This document shows positions 45,388 through 60,153 of a stretch of 64,000 nt of DNA, piece by piece; positions within the stretch are counted from its first letter, which is position 1; each line of letters begins with the position of its first letter. Under the pieces are notes generated by a model. The model saw only the letters and a list, made by a program, of their open reading frames with translations, made no database searches and was not told where the DNA came from. The translations under genes were made by a program, and so were the position numbers. The DNA is taken from positions 1,794,416 through 1,858,415 of the forward strand of contig NC_134032.1 in NCBI RefSeq assembly GCF_964204645.1. Reading direction: 5' to 3'. Source of the stretch: Tubulanus polymorphus. Its lineage: Eukaryota > Animalia > Nemertea.

Positions 45388-46322
45388 CAACTTAAGATCA
45401 GTCTATAAGCTCATGTTGGTTCTATATCCAATCTAACAACTTAAGACCAGTTTAAGCACATTTTGAAACTAATATCTAACCAATCTAATTATACTTAAGG
45501 CCAGTCTAAGCTCATTTTGGTTCTATAGCCAATCTAACAATTTAAGACCAGTCTAAGCTTATGTTGGTTCTATAGCCAATCTAACAACTTAAGACCAGTC
45601 TAAGCACATTTTGGTACTAATAAAGCCAATCTAACAACTTAAGACCAGTCTGAGCTCATGTTGGTTCTATAACCAATCTAACAACTTAATACCAGTCTAA
45701 ACTCATTTTGGTTCTTTAACCAATCTAACAACTTAAGATCAGTCTATAAGTTCATGTTGGTTCTATATCCAATCTAACAACTTAAGACCAGTCTAAGCTC
45801 ATGTTGGTTCTAAACCAATCTAACAGCTTAAGATCAGTCCAATCTAATGTTTACCTCTATATCCAATCTAACAACTTAAGACCAGTCTAAGCTCATGTTG
45901 GTTCTATATCCAATCTAACAACTTAAGACCAGTCTAAGCTCATGTTGGTTCTAAACCAATCTAACAACTTAAGACCAGTCTAAGCTCATGTTGGTTCTAA
46001 ACCAATCTAACAGCTTAAGATCAGTCCAATCTAATGTTTACTTCTATATCCAATCTAACAACTTAAGACCAGTCTAAGCACATTTTGAAACTAATATCTA
46101 ACCAATCTAATTATACTTAAGATCAGTCTAAGCTCATTTTGGTTCTATAGCCAATCTAACAACTTAAGACCAGTTTAAGCACATTTTGAAACTAATATCT
46201 AACCAATCTAATTATACTTAAGATCAGTCTAAGCTCATTTTGGTTTTATAGCCAATCTAACAACTTAAGACCAGTCTAAACTCATTTTGGTTCTAATATA
46301 GCCAATCTAAAAACTTAAGACC
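45388..46322. repeat. ~47-bp satellite array (ACCAGTCTAAGCTCAT.TTGGTTCTATA.CCAATCTAACAACTTAAG), diverged
   Basis: Same unit as 47405-47790 and 60187-60600. Confidence 0.93.
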
Positions 46323-47404
46323 CGAGTCTCAATTCAGTATGTTGGAGTGAGGTTCTGCGAATAGAATAAATTCGATTGAATAAATGATTATTCCTTTTTT
46401 ACTTATATCTAAACAGAAAAAAATAATGCTTCGATTTCGTATTCTCGATTCGTTTTCGTTTCGTAAACAATAACTTGCTCTTCGTCGATACATTTCTACT
46501 CCGTTTACGGATAAACTATATTCAGAATGGTCGGATCTTATTTCTTTTCCGAAACGATCAATCGTTTTCGACAATATACGATTTTGGATTTCGGATTTCG
46601 GACGATATTTCGCTCTTCATTTTGGTAACGTCTTGTTAGCCGAGGTGTGTCGATTTAAGTAAAACCTGTTCGTATAAATCATAAGAAATGTTGAGAAGGC
46701 CTGGGACTCTAGGTCTAATCGTGACCAGGTTCTTTTTTGTTTGCAGGATTTAAGATAATAAACAGCACTTGAGATAATAAATATATACTTCTACAGTGAT
46801 TACTGACTATGAACATTGTCAACAATAATCTGATCGCTTTGGTGAGGCGTTTTGTAAACGATTCCACTGGTTTTCCTTTCTAAGCGGCGCCCTTTCAGAG
46901 CGGTGTCAAGGTTCTGTCGCACGCTGCGTGAATTAGACACCGGCAACAACACGAAATTCTAATTTAAAATGATTGATTATTGCCGGATTTAACGGTTAAC
47001 TTCGATGTCGTTCGTTTAAATGCGGGAATAAAGCCGGGTTTAAATGCCACTCCACGTGACTTTACTTCTGCGCCTAACTATAGAGCCTAACTGTAACTAA
47101 TTCGTTTTAGATTGCTATACTTTCAATGAACCCAGGGAATCATTGTAACTTTTGCAACTTTATTGACAAACACAAGGTCACAATATGTTGGCTATCATCG
47201 ACAGTGTAACAATATAGTATATTTTGATACGTATTGCTACATTTTGACAGACGGTTGAATTAAATGTCTGTTGATTTAAAGCTGTTAACTATTAAAACCT
47301 GACCCACGTAGGATCTTACTTTTTTTCTAAAAAAAAAAAAATGGGCCGGAGCGGTTCATCGGTGTCGCCAGAACCGTGATCAAGTCCCGACTGCATTTTT
47401 CAAT

Positions 47405-47790
47405 CTGGACTAAGATACCACGTGGTCTTCTACAACCAATCAAACAACTTAGACCATTCACAACTTAGGACGAAGCACATTTTGGTTTGATAATCATCAA
47501 AGTAACAATTTAAGATAAGTCCAATCTAATTTTGACCAGTCTAAGCTCATTTTGAGCCTATAACCAATCTAACAACATAAGACCAGTCTATAAGCTCATG
47601 TTGGTTCATATCCAATCTAACAACTTAAGACCAGTCTAAGCATAATTTTGGTACTAATATCTAACCAATCCAACTATACTTAAGACCAGTCTAAGCTCAT
47701 TTTGGTTCTAATATAGCCAATCTAAAAACTTAAGACCAGTCTTAGTCCAGTTTGATTTCTAACCAATCTCGAAACTTAAGACTAAGCTCA
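47405..47790. repeat. Degenerate ~47-bp satellite array
   Basis: Same unit as 45388-46322. Confidence 0.8.
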
Positions 47791-48249
47791 TTCTGGTTCG
47801 TTAGCCATTTATATGACGTCTGAAATCAATCTAGCCAACCGATCACCACGGCCGCGAGTGCTGGTGCATGGTGCATTACTTACCCACACGTTCGGACTTT
47901 CGCTATCAAATCCCTATTCAGACTCAGCGATGCTACAATAGTATCGAGGGGTCGCAAATGAATCTATCCCCTCAGTCCCGTTCCGAAGAAGATTCCTGAA
48001 TACAGAGCTCACAGCGGTAAACCGACGGCGGGTGTGTAACCATCACCTACTAACACAGTAAAAACTTTCTACCTAATGTTTTTCTACGCAGGTAGTTAAC
48101 GCTCGTTGCGCAGTGGTTTGGATCGACGGCGTCGAATTTACAAGTATAGGTCTATACTACCAAACTACTAAAAAAACCAGCCCCAATTAGCTACCTATTA
48201 ATGTACATACACCACGCTTTTCTGAAAGACGCGTTCAAAACCGATAATG

Positions 48250-48389
<140 letters not shown>

Positions 48390-49294
48390 TAACCAGTTCC
48401 AAATCCATAGTGTAGATAATGATTTTGCCGTTATTGAGTTCTGCTTTGAAATCTTTTAATCTTTAGGCTGAAAACAATGATAGCTTGTGTCTCGGCTCTG
48501 CTGAGCTTAGAAGTTGACCCGGTCGCGGCCGCCTATCTACCCTGTCTATACATGACTTGTTTTTTTGAATCGCGATCAGGCTTACGATAACAGACCCGGC
48601 AGCTATATAGAAATGAACTGATTACAAATCTTTATTGCGATTTACAAAAAAGACCCGGCCGATTTAGCGAACCGAGGGATCATTTTCGATGTCCGCCATA
48701 ACTAACGGTTACACGTTTCGGAAATTTGTTTTTTTTTTCTTCAAATAGTGTTTTGTCAAAGCAATAACTAAACCGAAGCAATGAACTAATTGTAATAGCA
48801 TAAATAGGGAAGACGCCGTTGATGCATCTATAATTACCGTGAATATAGTTAATTGCGGTTGATTAGTTTTTCTAGTTCAATTCATTCGTCTAGTCGTCAC
48901 TCGGCGCGTGTCGTTAAACGCATATCAGATACAGAGTCTAAATTGCGGTTGTAAATCACGGCCCGGCTCGTGTCGGGTCCCGGGTTTACAAGTATCGCCG
49001 TTTCATTTTCACTGGCGGCGATAAAATCACGCGGAACAGCCATTAACGGGTAGTTAACCCCGGTATGTGAAGGGCAGGTAGTCGGCCATTTTTATTGCCA
49101 GTTAACGCGTTTAAATTGTGGTTTATATTCTTAACCGTAATTGGCAATTAACCTAACCCCCTCCGCCCCTAGTAGTCTCCTGTGACAGAATTGACTGGTT
49201 AGACTCAATTAGACTAGTGTGGACCGCGCTATGAAAGGGTTACAAACTCTCGGCGTTCAGAGAACCGGGTGTGGCAACTTTCGCTAAAATCCTG

Positions 49295-49680
49295 GGTCCA
49301 GTTCCACAGTTCAGAGTTAAAATTTGACCCGGAGTTAACTCATTGAAAATGAACTAACTTTTACTCAGAGTTAACTCTAACTGACAACTGTGGAACTGGG
49401 TCCCGAGTTAAGATTTTGACTCTGAGTTAACTCATTGAAAATGAACTAACTTTTACTCAGAGTTAACTCTCAACTCACAACTGTGGAACTGGATCCTGAG
49501 TTAAGATTTTAACTCTGAGTTAACTCATTGAAAATGAACTAACTTTTACTCAGAGTTAACTCTCAACTCACAACTGTGGAACTGGGTCCTGAGTTAAGAT
49601 TTTGACTCTGCGTTAACTCATTGAAAATGAACTAACTTTTACTCAGAGTTAACTCTAACTCACAACTGTGGAACTGGGCC
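49295..49680. mobile_element. MITE (PIF/Harbinger-like ends) amplified into four 93-bp tandem units
   Basis: GGTCCAGTTCCACAGTT ... AACTGTGGAACTGGGCC, CTG on both sides; unit period 93 bp. Confidence 0.75.
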
Positions 49681-50230
49681 CTGATGTATCAAATTAGGCA
49701 GCCAAGGGAATTCACCCCAATCAGTCGCTTGCCGGTTCAGACTGGTTGGAAGATTGTTCGAATGAACCGGAACCGAATTTCCATATTTATGTACTTCGAT
49801 TTAAGAATGGGAATGTAAACGATGAATGGAGAGGAGGGCATGGAACGAGGAAACAACAGATGACAAGCTGAAGGGAAGGGAATAGCCGCAGATGTAGCTG
49901 AACAATTATATGAAAACTATAGCAGACGATTCGGGATATTTCGTGTCGCATGCTCGTGACTGGTATCATTAGAATGGAATATCCACGACAACAACAAAAA
50001 CAGTTGACGGAAATGAGATGTATTTTTCCATCTGTTCGACGCCTTGAGAACGAACACGGTTCAATTGTGTAGTTACGTAAACTGGTATCGAGTACCCCCT
50101 CCGCCCCCCCCCCCCCCGGTGAGCCGGAGGGTATTTCATCAAGTGTTTAACGCTTACGGTAATGATGTAGCGTAACGTTATGCGGTGAGAGATTATCGGT
50201 AAAAGTGATTTTTAGATGCGCTAGAAAGTA

Positions 50231-50880
50231 TTGCCTCTCCTTCCCCGCTCCTTGCCTCTCCCTCCCCGCTCCTTTCCTCTCCCTATCCGCTCCTTGCCTC
50301 TCCCTGTCCGCTCCTTGCCTCTCCCTGTCCGCTCCTTGCCTCTCCCTATCCGCTCCTTGCCTCTCCTTCCCCGCTCCTTGCCTCTCCCTGTCCGCTCCTT
50401 GCCTCTCCCTGTCCGCTCCTTGCCTCTCCCTATCCGCTCCTTGCCTCTCCTTCCCCGCTCCTTGCCTCTCCCTGTCCGCTCCTTGCCTCTCCCTATCCGC
50501 TCCTTGCCTCTCCCTGTCCGCTCCTTGCCTCTTCCTGTCCGCTCCTTGCCTCTCCCTCCCCGCTCCTCCCTCCCCGCTCCTTGCCTCTCCTTCCCCGCTC
50601 CTTGCCTCTCCCTCCCCGCTCCTTGCCTCTCCCTGTCCGCTCCTCGCCTCTCCCTGTCCGCTCCTTGCCTCTCCCTCCCCGCTCCTCCCTCCCCGCTCCT
50701 TGCCTCTCCCTCCCCGCTCCTCGTTTCTCCCTCCCCACTCCTTTCCTCTCCCTATCCGCTCCTTGCCTCTCCCTGTCCGCTCCTTGCCTCTCCCTATCCG
50801 CTCCTTGCCTCTCCCTGTCCGCTCCTCGTTTCTCCCTCCCCGCTCCTTTCCTCTCCCTGTCTGCGCTTACCTCTCCCAAC
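50231..50880. repeat. 21-bp pyrimidine-rich minisatellite CCGCTCCTTGCCTCTCCCTGT
   Basis: Direct inspection. Confidence 0.95.
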
Positions 50881-51939
50881 CCTCGCCTCTCTCTTCCTCC
50901 CCAGCCCTCGACCATCGCTCCTCCCTCCCGATCTATGTAATCAGGTTTTTAGGCCTGAACTGCAAATCAGGTTTTCTAAGGTTCTGCTGAACGAGTCGTA
51001 TTTAGAATCATCCGCCTCGATGAGTTCGCCACTCCGTCGGTAACTTCGATTCTCGACCGGCGTAAGAGAAAAAAAAAAGAATCGCCGCCGTCCGCGCGAT
51101 GCCATTTAGCGTCTGGACGGCGACGATAATTGAACTAGATTGGTTACGACTCGTTGACAAGCACGAAAACCCGGTCGGACAATCAACGCGACCGCAAATA
51201 AAACTGCGCGCAAAAGTAATTTGACGTGAAATTGACTGACGAATAATCGGAGCAAACGTGGCTGGAATTTTAGAGAGAATTAAAAAAAAACTCCAACACG
51301 ACACAACGCGATCAGACTGGCGGCGGTGTCTGATAAAGTTTCTCAAAACGCATCTTTCAGACGAAGTTATTGCATTTCAAATAAACCGTAGATTTTTTTC
51401 TCTGTGCGTTCAATGTTGGTTTTTAATTCTTGTCGTCGTCGTCTTAAAACGATCGTCGCTTCTCTCTAGTTGTTTTTTGCCCGAAGCTTCGCGCAACGGT
51501 ATCGGGATATTATATCGAGATCGTTGAAGATAAAGTGGAAATCGAGTGAATGCGACCAAAAGGAGAGTTTGTAACTAAATCGCTTTGCGGGGATTTGATA
51601 TTGGATCAGGCCGAGTCGAAACTTTGCCGAATTGCGCAACACAACCCAGGCTGTTTCATAGTGAAAATCAGTCCATTTTCAATGAAATCCGAACTTACAT
51701 TATTAGGCTTACAAATCCTAAAATTATCAAAAACTATCAATCGCTGAAAATTGAATAACTAATCGGAAAAGTTGACTCGATTTTATCAAAATGTAGAAGA
51801 AATTAAAGAGTGACGGTAGCCAAGTGCCACTAGCGATCCTAGCGGATTATCGCTGAATCCTCGCTTCCCCCGGTATCCCTGCCGGTACCCCATTAAGCGG
51901 TGAAATGCTATTCTATCGTCGGCTATCGAAGAGGTATAA

Positions 51940-52000
51940 AGCGGGATTCGAACCCGGACCAGAATGTTGCCAGCGTAACGTCTTTCCACTAGACCGAACT
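51940..52000 (-). mobile_element. tRNA-derived SINE head
   Basis: GGTCTAGTGG A-box and GGTTCGAATCCC B-box on the minus strand; no intact cloverleaf. Confidence 0.5.
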
Positions 52001-52515
52001 AAATCAGTAATAACGCTCCGTCTAGCGGTAGTTGGCGGAACTATCGGAAATGAAGCATGGTCCGGTGGTTTCGAGCAGCGCTATCGTCTGCTATCGGTAA
52101 TTAAGCGCCACCTAGCGGTAATGAGCAGTATTATCCCCGCAGGTTGACGCGAGTAGGTTATCCGTCTGTCTGGAAAATGATTCAATATCGTCGGCAATTG
52201 GGTTGTGTAGTTAATGGCTTCCAACCATTCGTGAATAGAATATATGTCTCGATGTTGTCTGGTTATGGCTGATGATGAAATGCGCCCGCCCGCTATCTCC
52301 TCACTCGCCTCATCACAGCTTAACGCTGTCTGATCACTGCGCACATGCGATATACAATCTAAGTACGTATTGCATCTAATCTAGTACCTTTCCGAACTTT
52401 GATGGCTCCCTCCGACGCAAGCCCTTGAGCATAAGTAGTATCCATGACGTTAAATCCTTATGTAGCTATCAAACCTGGTCGAATAAAACACTCTAATCCG
52501 CGTCCATGAGGAATT

Positions 52516-52557
52516 CCACCTGATGACGGCTGTTAGTCAACAGCCGAAACGTTGTGG
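52516..52557 (+). ncRNA. Minimal type I hammerhead ribozyme
   Basis: CCAC-CUGAUGA-C-GGCUGUU(AGUC)AACAGCC-GAAAC-GUU-GUGG with perfect stems I and II. Confidence 0.85.
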
Positions 52558-55500
52558 TTTCAAAATTATTAATTTTGTGTTATAAAAATCAAAAGAATTG
52601 TGGGCCTTCTTCGTGTATCAACCTATCTGTCTGTTCACCCCTCAAACGCTTCGACAAACCTTCAGCATTTTCTGAAAACGTGTTCGTCAAGGTGTCCCCA
52701 TCCCCTGTGGCAGTACTCCAGACGTTTTTCTTTGAAAATGAATTAGGGAGTCGTGTGGGGACTATCAATTTTAGACAGACATTCACCGTCTGGGAAAGAT
52801 GTGTTCGGTCCATAGACTGCGCCATTCAAAAGGCGATCGTCTGAAGGGGTGCGGCTACAGACAGCAGATTGATAGCTGCATTAAATCACTGCGATTTCTC
52901 GTGAAATAGTAAAAAAATAGGCTATAGTCTAGGTAGGCCCCACTCTCATGCTCATGATTTCCAAATAAAAATGCGGCCTTGTTCTCTTAAATGTGGCCCT
53001 AAGTCATTTGATTAATCATTCCGTCAATGACTTTGTGGCCGGACTACCGATTGGTTACCAGGCCTACGTCAGTACGTGATTCTATGACGCTAGAATATCT
53101 AAACCTTCGCCGAAACTGTCATCCCCTCGATCCCCCCTCCACTGGGAGAGTGGGGAGAATGATCGGCCTTTCTTTGCGCTAATGAGCAACACACAGACTC
53201 ACAGACTGGTGGGTGAAATATGTGGCAAATGAAGCCCCATCTTTAACAGAAGCCCTTCGTTGAAACGACCGCGGGAATGTGATGTGCGATTAATACTGAA
53301 ATTCTATATAGAAGCCACTGACTTAGTGTCTGAAAAAAAAAAAAACAATAAAAGACCTTCACTCACAGGTCGACTGTAAAACTAGAGCAGAGCGGCTAAC
53401 AGGCGGTCTAATACACGAGTGAGATTACGTACATTATCATAGAATAAAATGATAATGATATTAGATCGACTTGGTGCAGCTTTCATTGATGATTGATCTA
53501 ATGACGAGACGAGCTGAATGAAAATTGAAGCGCCGAAGAACAATTTTCTAATACTAGAGAACCATGCCGATCGTCACTTGCCAAAAGCGGTTTACCCGGT
53601 CGCCACAGACCAGAGGTGGATCCAGCTTCACTACAAAATGGCCGTTGTGAATATATCAGTTCACTTTCGTATATTAAAGCATGTGTAAGATATCTAATCT
53701 AACGAAGCGTCCTACAGGGAGAGATACTTGTACGACAAAAAAAGAAGATTTTCGAGGTTTATTTCCAGTTATGTAAATCGGAATAAACTATAGCTTATAG
53801 AAGCTAAGTCAAAAGATTCGAGTAATTTTAGAGGGTCATTCTGAGCTCGGCCCAGATTCACAAAAAGGTTTAACTGTTAGATCGGCTTAATTTATTTATC
53901 GATTCAGTCTATTCAAAATCGATTTAGGCCTTAATCTTTTTCGTGAAACTTTGCCCCTCCTGAGTTAGTCACCCCATCCGTTCGGTTAACCCATGATTAA
54001 CCCATCTCCCTCAAACTTTATTTATTCTACTCGGGTCGTTCGTAGTCAAGCAAAGCCTGCAAGTGGCAGAACGGTTAATTACAGCAGCGCCAGCGCCTTG
54101 TCGCGTGATCGCACCGATTTGCGCTGAATTAAACCCCTGTTGCGCTGCAGCCGGTGAGAATATTCATCGCTTCTAATCTGGCGGTGGACGATAATCATTT
54201 TCTTTATCTCTATTCTAATATTTTATATGATTGCCGCTCGTCGTTTTATTCCGCAACGACACGCGACATTTTTACAGGATTGGATGGAAATATGGGGCGG
54301 GTAAGGATCGAAGTTGCGAAAGAATGTAACGTTTGTAGCGAAGGGCTGTAACGTTGAAAGTACTAAGGCGCAAGAAAATGCGATGGGCAAGCGAGAAAAT
54401 AACTAATTTCGAAGTGAGGGTTAGAGTGTAAGGGGTCGCGTAGGATGCAAGAAGCTGGTGTATGGGACTGCGCCTGGTCGCTGTGATAGCGCGGCGCATC
54501 GGGTTCGAGTCCCTGAACCGCGTGGTTCGGTATTTTTGCTCAAAAATTGTGGCTTTTCCCTAGAAATATCCGCCTTTAAAAATGATTTTCTGGTGCGGCA
54601 TTTAATAAGAATATCTCGTCGTTATCTGAAGATTAGAGTCGCGTCACGCAGCGGAGTGAAAACCGATCAATTTCCGATCCTCGCATAATCCCGTCTGGCG
54701 CCTCGATCTTATGGTCAATCCTACCGCCACTAGATGGCGCTACATACTGAAAATCGCGATCTTTTGAATTATCATATCCGGACATTTGACGATGTTTTTA
54801 AGGCATATATTTGATATTTAAACTGGATTTATAATCTATCACCATAGATTTTGGTCTCCGATTGGGACGTCAAAAGCCACAGCAGGACACAAGCGCCGTC
54901 TGGCGGATGTTCGAAGTACATGCCTGCCTACACGTACCACGATACCGAACCATACAATACAGTTGTAGTTGACAGACGAATTCAGGGCGGTAAGATGAGA
55001 TAACTGGATTCGGCTAAAACGCGGGCTAAAACTCATAAACTATTTATCGAGGCTTTCACGAGGTTTAAAACGTGGCCGGAATATAAAATCAATAGTATTA
55101 AGATGTAGAAATACACGAATGTATTCTGCCAAAAACAAAGTATTTTCAGAACATTTCAACATTTTATTGCATTTCTTATTTTTTCTTTCCCTTTTGATGG
55201 ACCTGTTTTATACAAACTATTCCTCAGTTTCTACAGGCCCCTCCAGGTCTAATTTACTGTATTTTGTATTATGCTTTGTACACTACGCTGTAAATTAAAT
55301 TTGTAAAATCAAGTGTTCAAATCAAATCAAATCAAATCAAACATTCATCGATAATTTCGGGTCCTTCGTATTCAATAACTCTTAATATTTCACTTCGGTT
55401 GGATCTTCGTGATCGTCGTGACTAGTTAGGTATCTTCTCGAATTGGTGTGAGAACGACGGATCATTAAGATATCGTCTACTTAATCGCTACGAAACCGCC

Positions 55501-56499
55501 ATCTAGCGGATTATCGAGGGTTCACCGACACCACCAGATGGCGCAACAAAACACTGGGTTAATTTGCAGCGAAAATCAGTTCATTTTCGATGAAATTTGA
55601 ATTTGATTTTTAGCCTTCCGAAAAAAGTACGAAAATGATCAAACAAGTTGTTATAAGATTCCGTTTCTCGGTGAAGATGTATTCATTAATGAAAAAAGTC
55701 GATTACAATTCGATAGAAATTTAGAAGAAATTGAAGCGCGGTAACACAGTAACCACTAGCGACACCTGGTGGATTATCGCCGAATCCTCGCTTACCTCGG
55801 TAGCGTTGCCGATGTAGCACATTGCTTGGAAACAGGGAATTCAAGATGGATACAAAAATTAGTACGCGAGTCACACGTACGCGGCCTTTGCGGTCTGCGC
55901 TCGCTACCCTTTGATTCGCTTCAAATCGGAGAAAATTGTTCGACGGAGTTTTGTATAAGTTGTCGCTCTCGTGTAAAAGACGACGCGGGCTAAAACTCGT
56001 AAACTATTTATCGACGCTTTCACGAGGTTTGAAACGTGGCCGGAATATAAAATCGACGCGCGTTTGACGAGCAATCGGCGGCAGTTCCGTCAAAACGAAT
56101 CATAATCTTATATCTCGATTCATGAAAATGGAAAAAAATCGTATTTTCTCGCGAGGCCGCGGTGCAGCAGTGTCTGAAGTGTCGCGCCGAACGTGAAGTT
56201 AATCGGGTGAATGGCGTCGCTATGAATACAAACGTACCGTTTGCATATCGGACTTTTACGAGGAAAAGTGTTTAACTCGCGGTATTCAGATCGCGACCGA
56301 CGGCGTTATGCAAAAATGTATCTTTCTCGCATTTGATGACGTCATCCCGGAGCGTCTCTTGAACGCAGTTCGACTAATTGAGTTTTGAATTACTTTAAGC
56401 CTTGCATCGAATAGAATCGATATATCTTATTGAGAACGCATGGACCCGATTCTATACGCTGAACTTTAAACTGATCTCAATAACATCGATAAAACTATT

Positions 56500-56722
56500 G
56501 AAAATCCCACAATTGTAGCCAGACAACGATATAAAGCTTGGAAAGTTTTCATTCAAGCTAGTTGTTTCATTCGACGTTTCGACCATATTCTAATAGTCAT
56601 CTATGACGCATTAGTCTATAAAGAAGACTATTAGAATATAGTTGAAAACGTCGAATGAAACTACTAGCTTAAATGAAAACCGTTCAGGCTTTACATCGTT
56701 ATTTCGTGATGGTGGGGATTCT
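56500..56722. repeat. ~220-bp imperfect inverted repeat with decayed hammerhead-like halves
   Basis: GTTTTCATTCAAGCTAGTTGTTTCATTCGACGTTT..ATATTCTAATAGTC mirrored by GACTATTAGAATAT..AAACGTCGAATGAAACTACTAGCTTAAATGAAAAC. Confidence 0.8.
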
Positions 56723-58346
56723 ACGCATATAGTCTCGATAATTTTTTTCCTGAGTTTATTGCTTATCTTATATACACGTCTTGTTCGGTTGTAGAACGTG
56801 ACCCCCGCGAGCCGGTAATCTCCGGTCAGGGGAAAAGTGTTGTTAGAATGCGAGTGAAGTCCGTCAGTCCTGGAGGTCTGGGGAGGGGCTGTTCGGGGGT
56901 CTAAGCGAAAATATCGTCCCGCGGTGCTACAGTGAGGTGTAGTAAGATAGATTTTGTGTTTGTAAACAAAGCGTCTCTCCCACCCCTTGTTAAATCGCGG
57001 ATGGAAGGTGCACTTGTTGAAATCGAAACTCGTCAGCCCAGAGAGATAGTCACTATTTGATATCGATACACTAAATAGTTCCTATCACCCCGGTCCGAAA
57101 ATATTTCTGCCGCCCTAATCCATAGAATGTTCCGACTTCCGGTCGTTTGCGAGAACGAAATTCCCAAATATTCATATCCCGATGGCGGATCTTCGATTAT
57201 TTGCAGGGGCGGACCCGAAAATTGGAATGAGCTCTTAATTTGAAAAGGGCAGATTTGGCAATACAAACAAAGAGGTATCCGGGAATTAAGTTGATATATT
57301 GAAGAGCTTGGCAGGACGCGCGCATGCGCAGTTAGATGAACGTGTGCAAGAATTTCGACTTATGAATAAAGGTCGTTGCTGAAATCAATCAAACTTTCCC
57401 GAAAAATATCTCAGATGATTCGTGATCTTAGGACTTTAATAAGAAGATTCTTACCAGTGAATGATATCGGTATTTGTTCAAAATTCCCAGTACGCGACGT
57501 CTGCCTGCAAATACAGAAATTTTTACAAAATACTTAGATTAGACATTTTAAAGTCATTTTTAACGATACAATGAGCTCAATACACCTCAGCGCCGTACCC
57601 TTGGACAGTAGCTACCTCGATACGGGGGCGGATCCAGGATTAGACCGGGGGGGGGGATTCCAAGGTGAAAGTTAATCTGCTATTCGCTCATGCGGAGGGC
57701 TCCGAAAAATAGAAGCCTCCAGATTCATGTTCCTGTATTCAACCAGTAAAATCAAACATTCATTTGATTGGCAAAAGCAGTGTTAAAGAAAAACGGAATC
57801 ATTTCTCTCTGATCCAAGATGGAATCCCTCCCCGGATCCGCTCTGCCGAACCCAATTCCCGATACAATCACACTATTACAGCTATGAAAGTACTTTACTT
57901 TACATCCAGATACGCTCCTCTCGCCGTGGACCGTACGAGAGAAACGCTCGTTACTTCGGGGGTCGAGGTCGCGCTTCCCACGAGGCAGACACACCGGTGC
58001 GATAAGATCGTAAATTCGTTTCGTAATTTTGCCCGCGTCGTTTCTTTAAATAATCCCTCTAATTAGCTCGTTAAATTAGTTCATTTATTTCTCAGCGAGA
58101 TAGCGCACTTCGGGGAATGTTCTATTTATAGATTTGTAACAGGCGAACATGATTGGAAAGCGAACGCGCGCGCACGCATTAACGGTTGCCGCTTTGCGTG
58201 ACTGTGACGTCACAGTCTACGCTGTTTTGTTTATATCCGCAAGGAAGTGTAATGAGTTTTGACACTTGCTTTCTAACACGAAATGACTGCTTATTGGGCA
58301 GCACGTGACGTTTTTATAAACCTTGAGCTATTTTTCTTTAATATCG

Positions 58347-58982
58347 CCCTCTCCCTCTCCCTCTCCTGGCTCTCCCTCTCCTGGCTCTCCCTCTCCTGGC
58401 TCTCCCTCTCCTGGCCCTCCCTCTCCTGGCCCGCCCCTCCTGGCTCTCCCTCTCCCGCTCCTGGCTCCCCATCTCCCCTCTCCTGGCTCTCCCTCTCCCT
58501 CTCCTGGCTCTCCCTCTCCCTCTTCTGGCTCTCCCTCTCCTGGCTCTCCCTCTCCTGGCTCTCCCTCTCCCTCTCCTGGCTCCCCATCTCCCCTCTCCTG
58601 GCTCTCCCTCTCCCTCTCCTGGCTCTCCCTCTCCCTCTTCTGGCTCTCCCTCTCCTGGCTCTCCCTCTCCTGGCCCTCCCTCTCCTGGCCCTCCCCCTCC
58701 TGGCTCTCCCTCTTCTTCTCCATCTCCCTCTCCTGGCTCCCCCTCTCCCGCTCCTGGCTCTCCCTCTCCCTCTCCCTCTCCCTCTCCCTCTCCCTCTCCC
58801 TCTCCCTCTCCCTCTCCCTCTCCCTCTCCCTCTCCCTCTCGTGGCCCTCTCTCGTGGCTCTCCCTCTCCCTATCCCTCTCGTGGCTCTCCCTCTCGTGGC
58901 TCTCCCTCTCGTGGCTCTCCCTCTCCTGGCTCTCCCTCTCCTGGCTCTCCCTCTCCGTCTCCTGGCTCCCCTCTCCCTCTCC
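58347..58982. repeat. Pyrimidine-rich minisatellite, reverse complement of the 40464-41228 family
   Basis: TGGCTCTCCCTCTCC(CTCTCC) units. Confidence 0.95.
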
Positions 58983-60153
58983 CAGAATCTTATTAGAAAA
59001 TTCATATCAGTAAGGTTTTACAACAAACGCGTAACTTGTCTCCAGGTCACGTGATCTACATAAAAAAAATACCGCTCGCTAAATAACTGATACAATATTT
59101 ATAAATCATCTCGTAAGCTTCTCGTCAAAGCGGGCTCCACGCAGATGCAGCGCTAACACTGACATTTCACTAAAAAGACGCAGAAGCTGCAGGTGATACG
59201 GAGTTCAGCGTCAGTGCGCGTGCGCAGTGCGGGCCCCTGTTTATCGTCTGCAACGCGCGGACGTGTAACAACGGATTACTGTAATCCGCGAGTAATAAAC
59301 AACCGTAATAGATTTTACGATTCCGCTTAATGCCACAACGAACAACCGTCGTTAACAGGCCTGCGCAATGTCGTAAACAGATCCAGTAGGCAGTCGTAAA
59401 CAATGCGACTATACGACGTCACGGAAGTGACCCCTGTTATATTCCAGCCCTCTTCAGAGTCTTCACAGAACTACAACTTGTGTATATGAAATGTATGAAA
59501 TGAATCCTCGTCGCTCAGTCTTGCTCGCTGCCTCGAACCGACATCCCGAACGCAGTCGTGTTCGACAACAAAAAACATTTTCGGCGAATTTCCAGACCTT
59601 TTAAGAAATATAATCTTTTTCTGAAAACGCCTAATCGTCGCCGCAATTAATTACTCAGTAACCGTTCGCGGATTAAACGTTCCCCGTGCGTTCGTTCGAG
59701 TCCCGACGAATTAGTCTTTTGATGCTCGTCTCCGTCCGTCCAACGGTGGCCTTATATATTCGAAATTAATTACCCGCATCCGTCGCGAGGACTCGCTTAT
59801 GGCTCGAAGGGTTTCCACGAAAACCTTTCAAGTGCGTACGCGCGCATCCGCCTCGCACGGAATAGAGTATTACTACCTCGGCGATAAGGAAAACTGTCGT
59901 CAATTCGAAATAGCAAATGTCCGTAATTTCAAATTTACAGAAAGATATAAGAGATTTAAGGGACGAATAGTACAATATGGATTAACTATTTATTTTACGC
60001 ACGAGATATTGCTGCTGGTGTACAGAAGCTTCATGAGGTGAATGAGTAAGAAAGCTATTATACATTACAAGCAAAAGTTCGCGCGTCAAATAAACTAGTT
60101 AATCTTTACTACTCGTTCAAAAGTGTCTATTCTAACACCCGTTTAACTCCACC

